Shown in pieces: positions 18,713 through 27,791 of a stretch of DNA of 64,000 bases; positions within the stretch are counted from its first letter, which is position 1, and each line of letters starts with the position of its first letter. The DNA is taken from positions 186,001 to 250,000 of IMG/VR virus record IMGVR_UViG_3300009158_000031, one strand, 5' to 3'. Below the pieces are notes generated by a model. It was not told the DNA's origin. It made no database searches and saw nothing but the letters and a program-made list of their open reading frames with translations. The position numbers and the translations under genes were made by a program.

Positions 18713-19877
18713 CTCAATAATCAATTGGGAATTATATCAAAAGACTCTAAAACCTTCACATATACATATTGCAGAATTAGATTTTAAAATGAAAAACAAA
18801 TTAGATATACAATATCAAGAACTTTTACAAACCATATTAGAACACGGGATTGATAAAGCAGATCGAACCGGAACAGGAACTCGTTCAATATTCGGTTATA
18901 CTATTCGTCACAACATGTCAGATGGATTCCCTCTTCTCACAACCAAAAAGATGGCATGGAAATCTATCGTTACCGAGTTATTATGGTTCTTAAAAGGTGA
19001 TACTAATATCAAGTACTTAGTTGATAATGATTGTCATATTTGGGATGGTGATGCTTATAAGAATTATGACAAACTTTGTATTGACACAAAGTGGATGGAA
19101 CCGGTTAAAAAGGAACTAAATGGCGAAGTTTATGATATGGGAAGAAAATACGATCAAGAAGGGTTCATCAATCGTATCAAAACAGATGATGAATTTGCTA
19201 AACAATGGGGAGATCTAGGTCCAATCTATGGTAAACAATGGAGAAATTGGGTTAGAAAAACTACACGAGACGAAAAGATTGTTGAACCTGGAGTATATGA
19301 AACGAGTATAGATCAAATCACAAACCTAATCAATGACATTAAAACAAATCCTGATTCACGAAGATTAATGGTCACTGCATGGAATCCTGCCGAATTAGAT
19401 CAAATGGTTCTTCCACCTTGTCATTATGGGTTTCAAATGTATACAAGAGAATTAGATCAAACGGAAAGAGTTATTCTAATGGATAAAAAATTAGGCGTTA
19501 CGGAAAACCTTCCTGCATATTATACCGAAGATGAAATGATAAAACATAACATCCCAAAACGAGCAATCTCTCTTATGTGGAATCAACGAAGTGTAGATAC
19601 CCTTTTAGGTTTACCATTCAATATTGCAAGTTATGGTTTACTATTAATGATGATTGCCGATGAAGTTAATATGGTTCCTGATCAGCTAATAGGTAATCTT
19701 GGAGATACTCACATATACAACAATCACGTCGATCAAGTAAAAGAACAAATCACTAGAACTCCATTTGAACTACCAACCGTTCATGTTAGAGATGGTATTT
19801 TTTGTAGTTCTCATAATGATGTTATACTTCAAAATTACAATTCACATCCGGCAATCAAAGCACCTTTAAGTAATTAA
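18702..19877 (+). CDS. thyA: Thymidylate synthase
   Basis: DRTGTGT, FPLLTTKK, ELLWF, LPPCH, QRSVD.LLGLPFNIASY, GDTHIY; alternative start at 18789. Confidence 0.95.
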   Translation: MANNSIINWELYQKTLKPSHIHIAELDFKMKNKLDIQYQELLQTILEHGIDKADRTGTGTRSIFGYTIRHNMSDGFPLLTTKKMAWKSIVTELLWFLKGDTNIKYLVDNDCHIWDGDAYKNYDKLCIDTKWMEPVKKELNGEVYDMGRKYDQEGFINRIKTDDEFAKQWGDLGPIYGKQWRNWVRKTTRDEKIVEPGVYETSIDQITNLINDIKTNPDSRRLMVTAWNPAELDQMVLPPCHYGFQMYTRELDQTERVILMDKKLGVTENLPAYYTEDEMIKHNIPKRAISLMWNQRSVDTLLGLPFNIASYGLLLMMIADEVNMVPDQLIGNLGDTHIYNNHVDQVKEQITRTPFELPTVHVRDGIFCSSHNDVILQNYNSHPAIKAPLSN

Positions 19878-19881
19878 CCCA

Positions 19882-20097
19882 ATGCAAATAATTCGTAGTA
19901 TATTTCCATTTAAAATCGATCAACGAGTAGTAGATAGATTTATAGAAACCGGTGAAGTAGATGAACTTTACTTAAGAGTAATTTGCTTTAAGATTATAAA
20001 AAATAAAGAACTGAACGAATTTGAAGATGTAATATTTCGAGGAAAAACCAAAGAAATAAACGAACTTATAATAGACATATCAAATTCAATTGACTAA
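19882..20097 (+). CDS. Hypothetical protein
   Basis: ORF in operon. Confidence 0.5.
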   Translation: MQIIRSIFPFKIDQRVVDRFIETGEVDELYLRVICFKIIKNKELNEFEDVIFRGKTKEINELIIDISNSID

Positions 20098-20102
20098 TTA
20101 AT

Positions 20103-20738
20103 ATGGGATTTGTAACAAGAACACTCAGAAAAACAATGTTGGCTACCACAAATTACGTGGATCCAAAAGAATCAATTCTTTTAGAATTAGGAACTCAAAA
20201 CGCATTCAATGATTTGACTGAACCTGAGAAAATAGACAAATATCCTATACGAAATATACTACATCGATATTTCAAAGCCTATCATACACTAGATCTTCAA
20301 AAAGAAGATGGCGTAACAATCGTCGATTTATCCATATATCAACCTGGTTTATTTACAGCAAACATCATTACTAATATAGGAACAACAGAACATGTTGAAT
20401 ATGAACAAGGCCAATTGAATTGTTGGAAGAATATACATAGTTGGTTAAAGATCGGTGGAATTATGATACATGAACTTCCTGAACTTGGCAGTTGGCCTGG
20501 TCATGGTAGATATTATGCAACTCGAGAATTCTTTCAAAGTTTAGAAGATTATGGATATCAAATTCTAGAATTAGACGATCATAAATTTAACATAGGAAAT
20601 TCTTTATGGTGTGTAATCCGAAAGGTAGAAGATGTTCCTTTTATGGATTACGATACATTCTTCTCTACTATGGCATTCGATCAAAGTGTTCCTCCTGCTG
20701 GGGTAATATCAAGCAATAACCCAAAAAACCTAATATAA
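20103..20738 (+). CDS. SAM-dependent methyltransferase-like protein
   Basis: LLELG, NIGTTEHV, LKIGGIMIH. Confidence 0.65.
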   Translation: MGFVTRTLRKTMLATTNYVDPKESILLELGTQNAFNDLTEPEKIDKYPIRNILHRYFKAYHTLDLQKEDGVTIVDLSIYQPGLFTANIITNIGTTEHVEYEQGQLNCWKNIHSWLKIGGIMIHELPELGSWPGHGRYYATREFFQSLEDYGYQILELDDHKFNIGNSLWCVIRKVEDVPFMDYDTFFSTMAFDQSVPPAGVISSNNPKNLI

Positions 20739-20882
20739 ATGATACGACGTTTAACCGCATTTATCGTGCTACTATTTTCTTTATTTACCTTTTTTCCTGC
20801 GATTTTTTTGCTTATTGATGCAATGATTAATGGAGATAATTGCGTTGCTAGAAGATTGTTCCTAATAATAGCCGAAGATTGA
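20739..20882 (+). CDS. Small membrane peptide (47 aa, not in ORF track)
   Basis: MIRRLTAFIVLLFSLFTFFPAIFLL..., translated by eye. Confidence 0.4.
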   Translation: MIRRLTAFIVLLFSLFTFFPAIFLLIDAMINGDNCVARRLFLIIAED

Positions 20883-20910
20883 TATAATCATCAAGAAGAC
20901 AAAGTACGAA

Positions 20911-20918
20911 GATAAATA
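20911..20918 (+). promoter_or_regulatory. Putative late promoter GATAAATA
   Basis: Directly upstream of endolysin; same context as 3383. Confidence 0.55.
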
Positions 20919-20933
20919 ACATAAACGAATATT

Positions 20934-21758
20934 ATGTTATTGAAAAATGGATCTACTGGAGAAGACGTAAAAAAGCTTCAGACTAAATTAGGCTTAAATG
21001 CCGATGGTTCTTTTGGACCTGGAACAGAAGCTAAAGTTAAAGAATGGCAAAGTGCTAATGGTTTAACTGCCGATGGTATTGTTGGCGATGCTTCATGGGC
21101 TAAAATGTTTGGTACTACTCCGATTGCTTCTGCACCAATTGTTATACCGGCTTCTTCTTTTAAATTAGCCGCTCTTAAAGGACATGTTCCTGATGCAGTT
21201 ATTGCACAAATCCCTGATACGGCTGTAAAATTTAATATCACAACTCCTCTTCGTTTAGCTCATTTCTTAGCTCAATGCGGACATGAATCAGGTGGATTTA
21301 AAGCAGTTAATGAAAATCTAAATTATGGAGCAAAAGGTCTTCGAGGTACATTTGGTAAATACTTTCCAACCGATGCACTTGCTTCACAATATGAAAAAAA
21401 GCCAGAAAAAATAGCTAATCGAGTTTATTCATCTCGTATGGGTAATGGTGATGAGGCTTCTGGTGAAGGTTGGAAATATAAAGGTCGTGGATTTATTCAA
21501 TTGACTGGAAAATCTAATTATGCAGCATTCGATAAAACCGTGGATGAAGATATTATTGCTACTCCGGATTTAGTTGCTACTAAATACCCTTTAATGTCTG
21601 CAGCATTCTTCTTCAATAATAACTCTCTTTGGACTATATGTGATAAAGGTGCTGATGTTGCAACGGTAACTGCAGTTACTAAACGAGTGAATGGTGGTAC
21701 AATCGGTCTTGAAGATCGCATCAAACATTTCAACGAATACTATAACCTACTTAAATAA
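20934..21758 (+). CDS. Endolysin: peptidoglycan-binding domain + GH19 muramidase
   Basis: GEDVKKLQ..ADGSFGPGTE PG-binding repeat; AHFLAQCGHES, ENLNY, KGRGFIQLTG, VNGGTIGLEDR. Confidence 0.92.
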   Translation: MLLKNGSTGEDVKKLQTKLGLNADGSFGPGTEAKVKEWQSANGLTADGIVGDASWAKMFGTTPIASAPIVIPASSFKLAALKGHVPDAVIAQIPDTAVKFNITTPLRLAHFLAQCGHESGGFKAVNENLNYGAKGLRGTFGKYFPTDALASQYEKKPEKIANRVYSSRMGNGDEASGEGWKYKGRGFIQLTGKSNYAAFDKTVDEDIIATPDLVATKYPLMSAAFFFNNNSLWTICDKGADVATVTAVTKRVNGGTIGLEDRIKHFNEYYNLLK

Positions 21759-21760
21759 TT

Positions 21761-22045
21761 ATGGCAGACGAAAAAAATTCTACTTCAGGATTTACTGATA
21801 CCTTCTTTTCTAAATTAAAAGAGCAATCATTTACTATCATACTTATGATAGCCGTCATTTGGTATCAAGGTAAATTGATGGAAGAGAGAGTTGCGTATTG
21901 GCAAAAATTATATGAAGAGCAAAAAGCTTATACTGAGCAAAGTGTAAAAGAAGATAAACAAATTATGTTAGATCGAATTCGGTATCTTCAAGAACAACGA
22001 GATAAGTATGTTGAAGATGCAATAAACGAATTAAAAACAAAATAA
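21761..22045 (+). CDS. Single-TM coiled-coil protein (holin/spanin candidate)
   Basis: Directly after endolysin; TM followed by coiled coil. Confidence 0.45.
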   Translation: MADEKNSTSGFTDTFFSKLKEQSFTIILMIAVIWYQGKLMEERVAYWQKLYEEQKAYTEQSVKEDKQIMLDRIRYLQEQRDKYVEDAINELKTK

Positions 22046-22052
22046 TACTAAT

Positions 22053-22793
22053 ATGCAAACTTACAACAGTTTAAAAGAATTTCAAGATGCAGTATACGCA
22101 GCTGCGGTAGGAAAACAAAGCCTTAATGCAATGTGTTCTACTCAATGTAAAAAAGGAACGGTAAAATCTAAAGTTAGATCTTCCAATGATGATGGATCGT
22201 CGATGAATATGACTTCATCTAATCTAAGTTCAGTTGCACAAGATTATGTAGATAATCACCTTAAAGCAACTAAAAAAGTAAAACAAACTATTCAATTGAC
22301 TGGTGATACGGTATCATATACATTTCATAAAATAGATCAATCTAGTTCTAGAACAACTTGTAATATTTCTGTTGATCGAAGTTTTTCAATTACTGGTAAT
22401 GTACAATATGGTGCTGCGAGTGTTACAGCAACTGCAGCATACTCAGATCATACCGATACGACAACAGATGATTATGAAAGTCATTATTCCGAAGATACTT
22501 GTACAATGACATTCAGTGGTTCAACTGGTACTGCCATAATTTATTACAACGCTTATACATGTAGTGATGCACCGACATTAAATGTTACTTATACATTTGA
22601 TACCATCACAATTAAAGCATCATGTACTTACAAAGGTGATACTGGAATTCCATTTGATAATGGTAATGCTCGTCATGAAACAAGAACTTATAATCTAGCA
22701 GATCTAGGTTTTAGCGGACCAGTATGTATTAAAACTCCTACCGTTTTCGATGTTAGTTGTTCTGACGAATGGGTAAGTAAAGAAATGAAGTAG
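22053..22793 (+). CDS. Ser/Thr/Cys-rich beta protein, possibly aerolysin/ETX-MTX2-like
   Basis: Alternating polar/hydrophobic hairpin FSITGNVQYGAASVTATAAYS flanked by S/T-rich strands. Confidence 0.35.
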   Translation: MQTYNSLKEFQDAVYAAAVGKQSLNAMCSTQCKKGTVKSKVRSSNDDGSSMNMTSSNLSSVAQDYVDNHLKATKKVKQTIQLTGDTVSYTFHKIDQSSSRTTCNISVDRSFSITGNVQYGAASVTATAAYSDHTDTTTDDYESHYSEDTCTMTFSGSTGTAIIYYNAYTCSDAPTLNVTYTFDTITIKASCTYKGDTGIPFDNGNARHETRTYNLADLGFSGPVCIKTPTVFDVSCSDEWVSKEMK

Positions 22794-22808
22794 TAGCATA
22801 TAATAAAT

Positions 22809-23831
22809 ATGCAAATCTCTAATTATTTTAGTAAAGACAATCACCAAAGAGAAAGTAAACTCTTTGGTGAATTGTTATATTGTGGACACACTCAGCTAGT
22901 CCCACGAAATTTAGATTATTCAGTTTTAGCTAATACTGATAATCGATGGACTCTCATCAATAGAGATTATCAATATTTCATACAATCAAATGTTTGCTTA
23001 CATCGACAAGGTGAAATTTGTAGTGGAAGCGGAAGCGGTAAAACGATGATGTGTAAAGCTCATTGTTGGACATATGACGTTGATGGTAAAATAAAAGGAA
23101 CTCCTCATTTTGAAGAGAAGGTTGTTGGTGCACTAGAAAGAAAATCCCTAATCAATTTGAATGGTGCTCTTTTTTCAGGTCATGTGAATAATCTTATAGA
23201 TCTAAAAGAAACTGGAGTAGATCATCTTATAGACCTTCATAAATATGATTTTGATAGCTCATCAAAGACAGAATATGCATTTAATTGGAAAACTTTCGCT
23301 GAGGTTTATTTAGAAAATCTTCACATCTATGCAATGCATCCTGGATTACGTAAATTTGTAGATCCGCAAATACTCGAATGGCAATTTGGTCAACAATGGT
23401 CACTACAAAAAATTGGTATTCGTCCTGATCTAAATGGTAATGATTCTGCATCATATACTGATATGATAGACTCTCTTAAACGAGACGGTATCACACCGGA
23501 ATTTGGAGCAGTTTGGATTTACATATATCCTAATATCATGATTGAATGGTACCCTAAAACAATTGCCATCTCTACCATTTATTCACCTGAACCAGAAGTT
23601 ACCACCAATTATGTAGATCTTTTCTTTGAGAAAGGAACCACTGAAGAATTTAAAGAGATATTCAAACGAGTATACGCTGAAACGGCATTAGAAGACGAAG
23701 AAGCCTGTAGTATTATACATCGTGGTCGAAGAGCACTTTGGTTAAATGGAGAAACTGAAGGTGGACCCGTTCAACCTAAGCTAGAAGCCGGAGTAAAACA
23801 CTTTTGGGATTGGTATAGCGATCAATCATAA
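22809..23831 (+). CDS. Rieske ring-hydroxylating oxygenase alpha subunit-like
   Basis: CLHR...CKAH Rieske ligands; NWK...ENLHIYAMH; ED mononuclear Fe site. Confidence 0.85.
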   Translation: MQISNYFSKDNHQRESKLFGELLYCGHTQLVPRNLDYSVLANTDNRWTLINRDYQYFIQSNVCLHRQGEICSGSGSGKTMMCKAHCWTYDVDGKIKGTPHFEEKVVGALERKSLINLNGALFSGHVNNLIDLKETGVDHLIDLHKYDFDSSSKTEYAFNWKTFAEVYLENLHIYAMHPGLRKFVDPQILEWQFGQQWSLQKIGIRPDLNGNDSASYTDMIDSLKRDGITPEFGAVWIYIYPNIMIEWYPKTIAISTIYSPEPEVTTNYVDLFFEKGTTEEFKEIFKRVYAETALEDEEACSIIHRGRRALWLNGETEGGPVQPKLEAGVKHFWDWYSDQS

Positions 23832-23898
23832 CTTATTAACAATCAAATAAATAGTCGATCTTAATGATTGACTTTTGTCATATAAATAAAAAATCAAT

Positions 23899-24228
23899 AT
23901 GTATAATAACCGTAGAAAATCATCAATGAAGAATTTGTTACTAATTGGATTAGTCTTGTGGATTGCGTTGTTAGGGTTTGCTTGGTTTGCCGATCAAGGT
24001 GAATTAGTTATTATGAATCGTAAATATCTAAAAACTCAATTTACTTTGGATTCGATAAATATGGAACGCCAAAAATATATACAAACAATATCCGAATTAG
24101 AAGAAGATCTTCAAGATATACAAACTTCCATGAAAAAAACCGAAGATCAATTGATGCGATTGAATAAATTATATTGGATTGAAAAAAGTAAAAACGACAC
24201 AACTATAAAAACCGAAACAAATGAGTAG
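23899..24228 (+). CDS. Membrane-anchored coiled-coil protein
   Basis: N-terminal TM followed by heptad region. Confidence 0.55.
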   Translation: MYNNRRKSSMKNLLLIGLVLWIALLGFAWFADQGELVIMNRKYLKTQFTLDSINMERQKYIQTISELEEDLQDIQTSMKKTEDQLMRLNKLYWIEKSKNDTTIKTETNE

Positions 24229-24460
24229 ATACCAATCACAAAAAGACAATTTACAAATAGCCTATGGATTCGATCATGCATTAGGTTATTGGTACGACAT
24301 GTGGGATACCAACCAACGAGAATCCGATGGATCTCCTCGACATATAGAAGAAGGATCTTCTATGAGGCGAATGTCTAGAGATACATTCGCTAGTCGACTA
24401 ATGGAATTTCCCATATCACCTGATCATCTGCAAGCAATTGCACTAGATCTTCCCTTTTAA
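24221..24460 (+). CDS. Hypothetical protein
   Basis: AYGFDH motif; ORF in operon. Confidence 0.55.
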   Translation: MSRYQSQKDNLQIAYGFDHALGYWYDMWDTNQRESDGSPRHIEEGSSMRRMSRDTFASRLMEFPISPDHLQAIALDLPF

Positions 24461-24494
24461 CTCCTTCTCACCTTAAAAAATAAATACAACAAAA

Positions 24495-24884
24495 ATGGAA
24501 ACGACAACAATCGTAGTGTTAAGCGTAGCAAGCACTCTAGTAATCATTGGACTAATAGCAATGGTAAACGGGTTACGTAAGGCACACAAACAAATCACCC
24601 ACCTATTAGAAACTTCAAATTCAAGTATTCGCCATCATGAAGAAATTCACGATCGAATAAGTGAAGAGAATGAAAACCTGAATCGAATCATTTGCACTAT
24701 GGAAAATAACATCCATCGTCGTATAGATGAAACTCTACAACAAGCCGACCAGCAATATGCAAATATTTCTCGTCACGCTGAAGAAACCTGGAAAGAAAAT
24801 CAATCCGATTTAGATCGTCGATTTGATCGTCTTTATAATAAAATATACGAGGCATTACCTCAATTGAAAGAAAAAACTAATTAA
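24495..24884 (+). CDS. Membrane-anchored coiled-coil protein
   Basis: N-terminal TM, coiled coil ending LDRRFDRL. Confidence 0.65.
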   Translation: METTTIVVLSVASTLVIIGLIAMVNGLRKAHKQITHLLETSNSSIRHHEEIHDRISEENENLNRIICTMENNIHRRIDETLQQADQQYANISRHAEETWKENQSDLDRRFDRLYNKIYEALPQLKEKTN

Positions 24885-24905
24885 CAATTAATCGAGAAGG
24901 AGTTC

Positions 24906-24934
24906 AGAGAGGGTTCTAACGAACCCTCTCTTTT
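24906..24934 (+). terminator. Intrinsic terminator
   Basis: AGAGAGGGTTC-TAAC-GAACCCTCTCT then TTT. Confidence 0.8.
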
Positions 24935-24960
24935 CATATAAATTAAATATTCCTTATAAA

Positions 24961-25716
24961 ATGAAATCTATACTAATTGTAATTATGTTCTTGGCATCTA
25001 CTGCCTTTGCACAAGATACTTCAAAGATCAATCCAATCAAAATACAAATTGGTCTTGGCGGAAATTATACTGATGGAAATGCTAAAATACTTGGATTCAA
25101 TACCAACAATTCTATTACATATACCTCACTAAATCGTGAGTGGTCTTTGCTGCCATCATTTATTTACTCACAAGTACAACAAGATAATGAGTTCAAACCC
25201 AGACAGCGAGAACTATACATAACCGGTGCTGTTCAAGAAAGACGAGGTTCCGACAAAATTATTTCGGCTTTTGAACTAGAGACTTCATTAGTAAAACAAA
25301 TCCGATTAAGAACATCAATTGGTCTTGGATGGAGTTTCGATATAATTCGAACACCTAAAACTAAATTCATCATATCCGAAGCCGCTGTATATGAATCATA
25401 TTTATCAGATTTGATAATTGATAAAAACCTACAATCGCTTAGAGCATCTACTCGAATTAGATTTTCCACTAATGGGAAAGTCAATACCGATTTTGTAGCA
25501 CTTATACAACCTTCAATATGGAATGATCGAGGAGTTAGTGCAGCTAATAATACAAATTCTCGCATATCTGCAACGATTGCTATACCAGTTACCAAGAAAT
25601 TACAATTTGGAATAACCTCTACATTTATTGGATCTACCTATTCAAATTTCATTAATTCTGGAATCAATCCCGCTGACATAAATACAACTTTTTCACTCAT
25701 ATATAAAAATCTATAA
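24961..25716 (+). CDS. Outer-membrane beta-barrel protein (DUF481-like)
   Basis: Signal peptide (..STAFAQ), GGNYTDGN, alternating strands, aromatic near C-terminus. Confidence 0.7.
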   Translation: MKSILIVIMFLASTAFAQDTSKINPIKIQIGLGGNYTDGNAKILGFNTNNSITYTSLNREWSLLPSFIYSQVQQDNEFKPRQRELYITGAVQERRGSDKIISAFELETSLVKQIRLRTSIGLGWSFDIIRTPKTKFIISEAAVYESYLSDLIIDKNLQSLRASTRIRFSTNGKVNTDFVALIQPSIWNDRGVSAANNTNSRISATIAIPVTKKLQFGITSTFIGSTYSNFINSGINPADINTTFSLIYKNL

Positions 25717-25718
25717 AC

Positions 25719-25949
25719 ATGATAATATCAATAATTGGCTTAATCGCTACACTCATCACAATAGGATCATTCCTATTTAAAGAAATCAAAGACATTCGAA
25801 TGGTTAATTTCATTGGCTGTTTGGTTTGGTTATTATATGGATCGTTAAAGCTCGATTTTCCGGTCATAACGGTAAATTCTGCTATTGCTCTGATACACCT
25901 ATATTCATTTATAAAATCCGAAGATGATAACAATTCTATCGGTAGCTAA
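25719..25949 (+). CDS. Small membrane protein (YgjV/PQ-loop-like)
   Basis: IRMVNFIGCLVWLLYG...PVITVN. Confidence 0.6.
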   Translation: MIISIIGLIATLITIGSFLFKEIKDIRMVNFIGCLVWLLYGSLKLDFPVITVNSAIALIHLYSFIKSEDDNNSIGS

Positions 25950-26127
25950 TTTAGTTAATTATATTGTAATTGGTGCCATTTTGGCATTCATTTCCGATAT
26001 AACTATGAGATACATTATCAAAAAACCTGAACTAGAATTTACTAACGTCGAAAGATGTGCCATCATTGCGCTTTGGCCTATATACGTGGCAATCATTATA
26101 TTAGGAAATTCAAAATCAAAAAAATAG
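25924..26127 (+). CDS. Membrane protein
   Basis: Two TM helices, LWP motif. Confidence 0.55.
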   Translation: MITILSVANLVNYIVIGAILAFISDITMRYIIKKPELEFTNVERCAIIALWPIYVAIIILGNSKSKK

Positions 26128-26131
26128 AAAC

Positions 26132-26350
26132 ATGCTAAATTATTTCAAACAACCTAAAACCCGAGCTATCATTTCCACTATATTGGTAGTTGTGGGAACC
26201 ACTCTTTCCATCGAAGCTGCTCTATGGTTAGTATTCAATTATGGACGAGAGCTAATGGCCTTCACGGTTATTCTCGCTATGGCTTGGTTAAGTCGTAGTA
26301 TATACTTTTCGTATTTGGAAAAATATCGCAAAGAAAAAGAAACAAAATAG
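26132..26350 (+). CDS. Membrane protein
   Basis: Two TM helices. Confidence 0.55.
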   Translation: MLNYFKQPKTRAIISTILVVVGTTLSIEAALWLVFNYGRELMAFTVILAMAWLSRSIYFSYLEKYRKEKETK

Positions 26351-26356
26351 TCAATC

Positions 26357-26590
26357 ATGCAATATTATATAGGCATATTACCAGAAGATCGAGGTCGACT
26401 TAGATCCACGATAGAGTTTTTAAATGACAATCCCAATTGGCGATGGCAGGTTAAAGTCTTATCAGAATTTGACGATCCTGATGGATATTATACATTCCAA
26501 ATGGAAGGGAATGAGGAGACTTATCGACACTTTCTTCGACTCTCTACTAACGAAGGATTTGTCAAATCTCTTAATCATTATGAAGAGTAG
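26357..26590 (+). CDS. Hypothetical protein
   Basis: ORF in operon. Confidence 0.5.
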   Translation: MQYYIGILPEDRGRLRSTIEFLNDNPNWRWQVKVLSEFDDPDGYYTFQMEGNEETYRHFLRLSTNEGFVKSLNHYEE

Positions 26591-26837
26591 TTGGTTCGTT
26601 TATATAGTTCGTTGCTCTGATGGAACTCTGTATACCGGAATCACCGTTGACCTTCAAAAACGAGTGGCCTCTCACAACTCCAAGAAAGGAGCTAAATATA
26701 CTGCGACTCGAACTCCTGTCGAGTTAGTTTGGTCTCAACCTTCAGAAACGAGATCCACTGCCGCGAAAGAAGAGTGGAGAATAAAACAGCTTTCCCGTAC
26801 AGAAAAACTCGCCTTAATAGATAATCTTATATTATAA
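26580..26837 (+). CDS. GIY-YIG nuclease (UPF0213/YhbQ-like)
   Basis: WFVYIVRCSDGTLYTGIT...HNSKKGAKYT; start moved to ATG 26580. Confidence 0.9.
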   Translation: MKSSWFVYIVRCSDGTLYTGITVDLQKRVASHNSKKGAKYTATRTPVELVWSQPSETRSTAAKEEWRIKQLSRTEKLALIDNLIL

Positions 26838-26994
26838 TAATCTAGTACAGATCACTCCCTTGCAAGTAGAGTAAATAAAAAGTTTGCTCACTCTAAACAC
26901 ACTCTTCTAATATAATCTACTACATCTTATATAGGATAAACCGCTTTATATAGAAGGTAATACGCTATATAAGGTAATAATCTATATAGATAAC

Positions 26995-27240
26995 TCTCCT
27001 CCTCGTCTGACTAGTCGTGGTGTTGTGAGCGGAGAAATCCGGTAAGCCACGGAGGAAGCCGGTATTTGCAGATCCGCTTATAGTGACACCTTTTGTTTTC
27101 CGCATTCTCACAAAGATTTGCCGCATATACCAACGAGCCGTTAAGTACCGAGGAATCCATAATCGTAATGGCTCTCAATCACCCAGGGCTCGTTGCTAAC
27201 TCCCATCACCAAAGCTACTCCGTCCACAACCCGCCTACCC
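26995..27240. ncRNA. Putative structured non-coding element
   Basis: GC-rich intergenic island with several complementary stems (see findings). Confidence 0.4.
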
Positions 27241-27314
27241 TTATATAGTGATAATTGGATCCGGTGGTAATTCCGCCTTACCTTATATAAGGAATATTGA
27301 ATCCAGTAGCGATT
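27231..27314. repeat. Imperfect 42-bp tandem duplication
   Basis: CCGCCTACCCTTATATAGTGATAATTGGATCCGGTGGTAATT / CCGCCTTACCTTATATAAGGAATATTGAATCCAGTAGCGATT. Confidence 0.7.
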
Positions 27315-27318
27315 AAGA

Positions 27319-27380
27319 TGTTAATAACTTTCTCACAAAACATTTTTTTATTACAACCTTTTTTATTATATTTGTATATA
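27319..27380 (+). promoter_or_regulatory. Early-type promoter with DnaA-box-like element
   Basis: TGTTAATAACTTT...TTTTTTATT...TATTATATTTGTATAT. Confidence 0.75.
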
Positions 27381-27400
27381 CATAATAACTAATACACTAT

Positions 27401-27679
27401 ATGGAAGAACAAGAAGATTTTAATCAGGAACTCGATCCTGTACAAAAGGCCGAGTTAGAATTACAATATCAAGAAGAAATAGGAAAGGCCATGAGAAGTG
27501 CATTTGCTTATATAGAGGAAGATCTAGGCTGGGAGGCTTGGATCGAGAATCGAGTGATTGGTGACGCGGCCAAGAAGCGGAGAATCCTCGATAATATGAT
27601 GAAATGGTTTGCTTCTCCAGAGGTGGAGGAATATGAGAAATCCGCTCGCATCAAAAGGGCTATTGATACTCTCGTATAG
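27401..27679 (+). CDS. Acidic hypothetical protein with UVR-like EEYE motif
   Basis: EEYEKSARIK C-terminal motif. Confidence 0.6.
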   Translation: MEEQEDFNQELDPVQKAELELQYQEEIGKAMRSAFAYIEEDLGWEAWIENRVIGDAAKKRRILDNMMKWFASPEVEEYEKSARIKRAIDTLV

Positions 27680-27681
27680 GT

Positions 27682-27764
27682 TGTTAATAACTTTGTTAAT
27701 AAGTTTTGAAACAAATAGTAAAATAAATTTTTTTATTCCACAAATAAGTATTATATTTATATAT
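27682..27764 (+). promoter_or_regulatory. Early-type promoter with two DnaA-box-like elements
   Basis: TGTTAATAACTTTGTTAATAA...TTTTTTATTCCAC...TATTATATTTATATAT. Confidence 0.75.
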
Positions 27765-27791
27765 TATTTAATTAACTTAAAAAAGATCTAT

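Noticed and set aside
18702-19877. Intron or intein in thyA
   Set aside because: Reading frame is continuous; the extra segments are short variable insertions without splicing motifs
22053-22100. MQTYNSLKEF as another capsid-targeting tag
   Set aside because: Spacing differs and the terminal [LI]-x-E cleavage site is missing
27040-27070. RNase P RNA (GGAGGAAGCCGG resembles GAGGAAAGUCC)
   Set aside because: Motif is imperfect and the matching 3' P4 strand consensus is not evident
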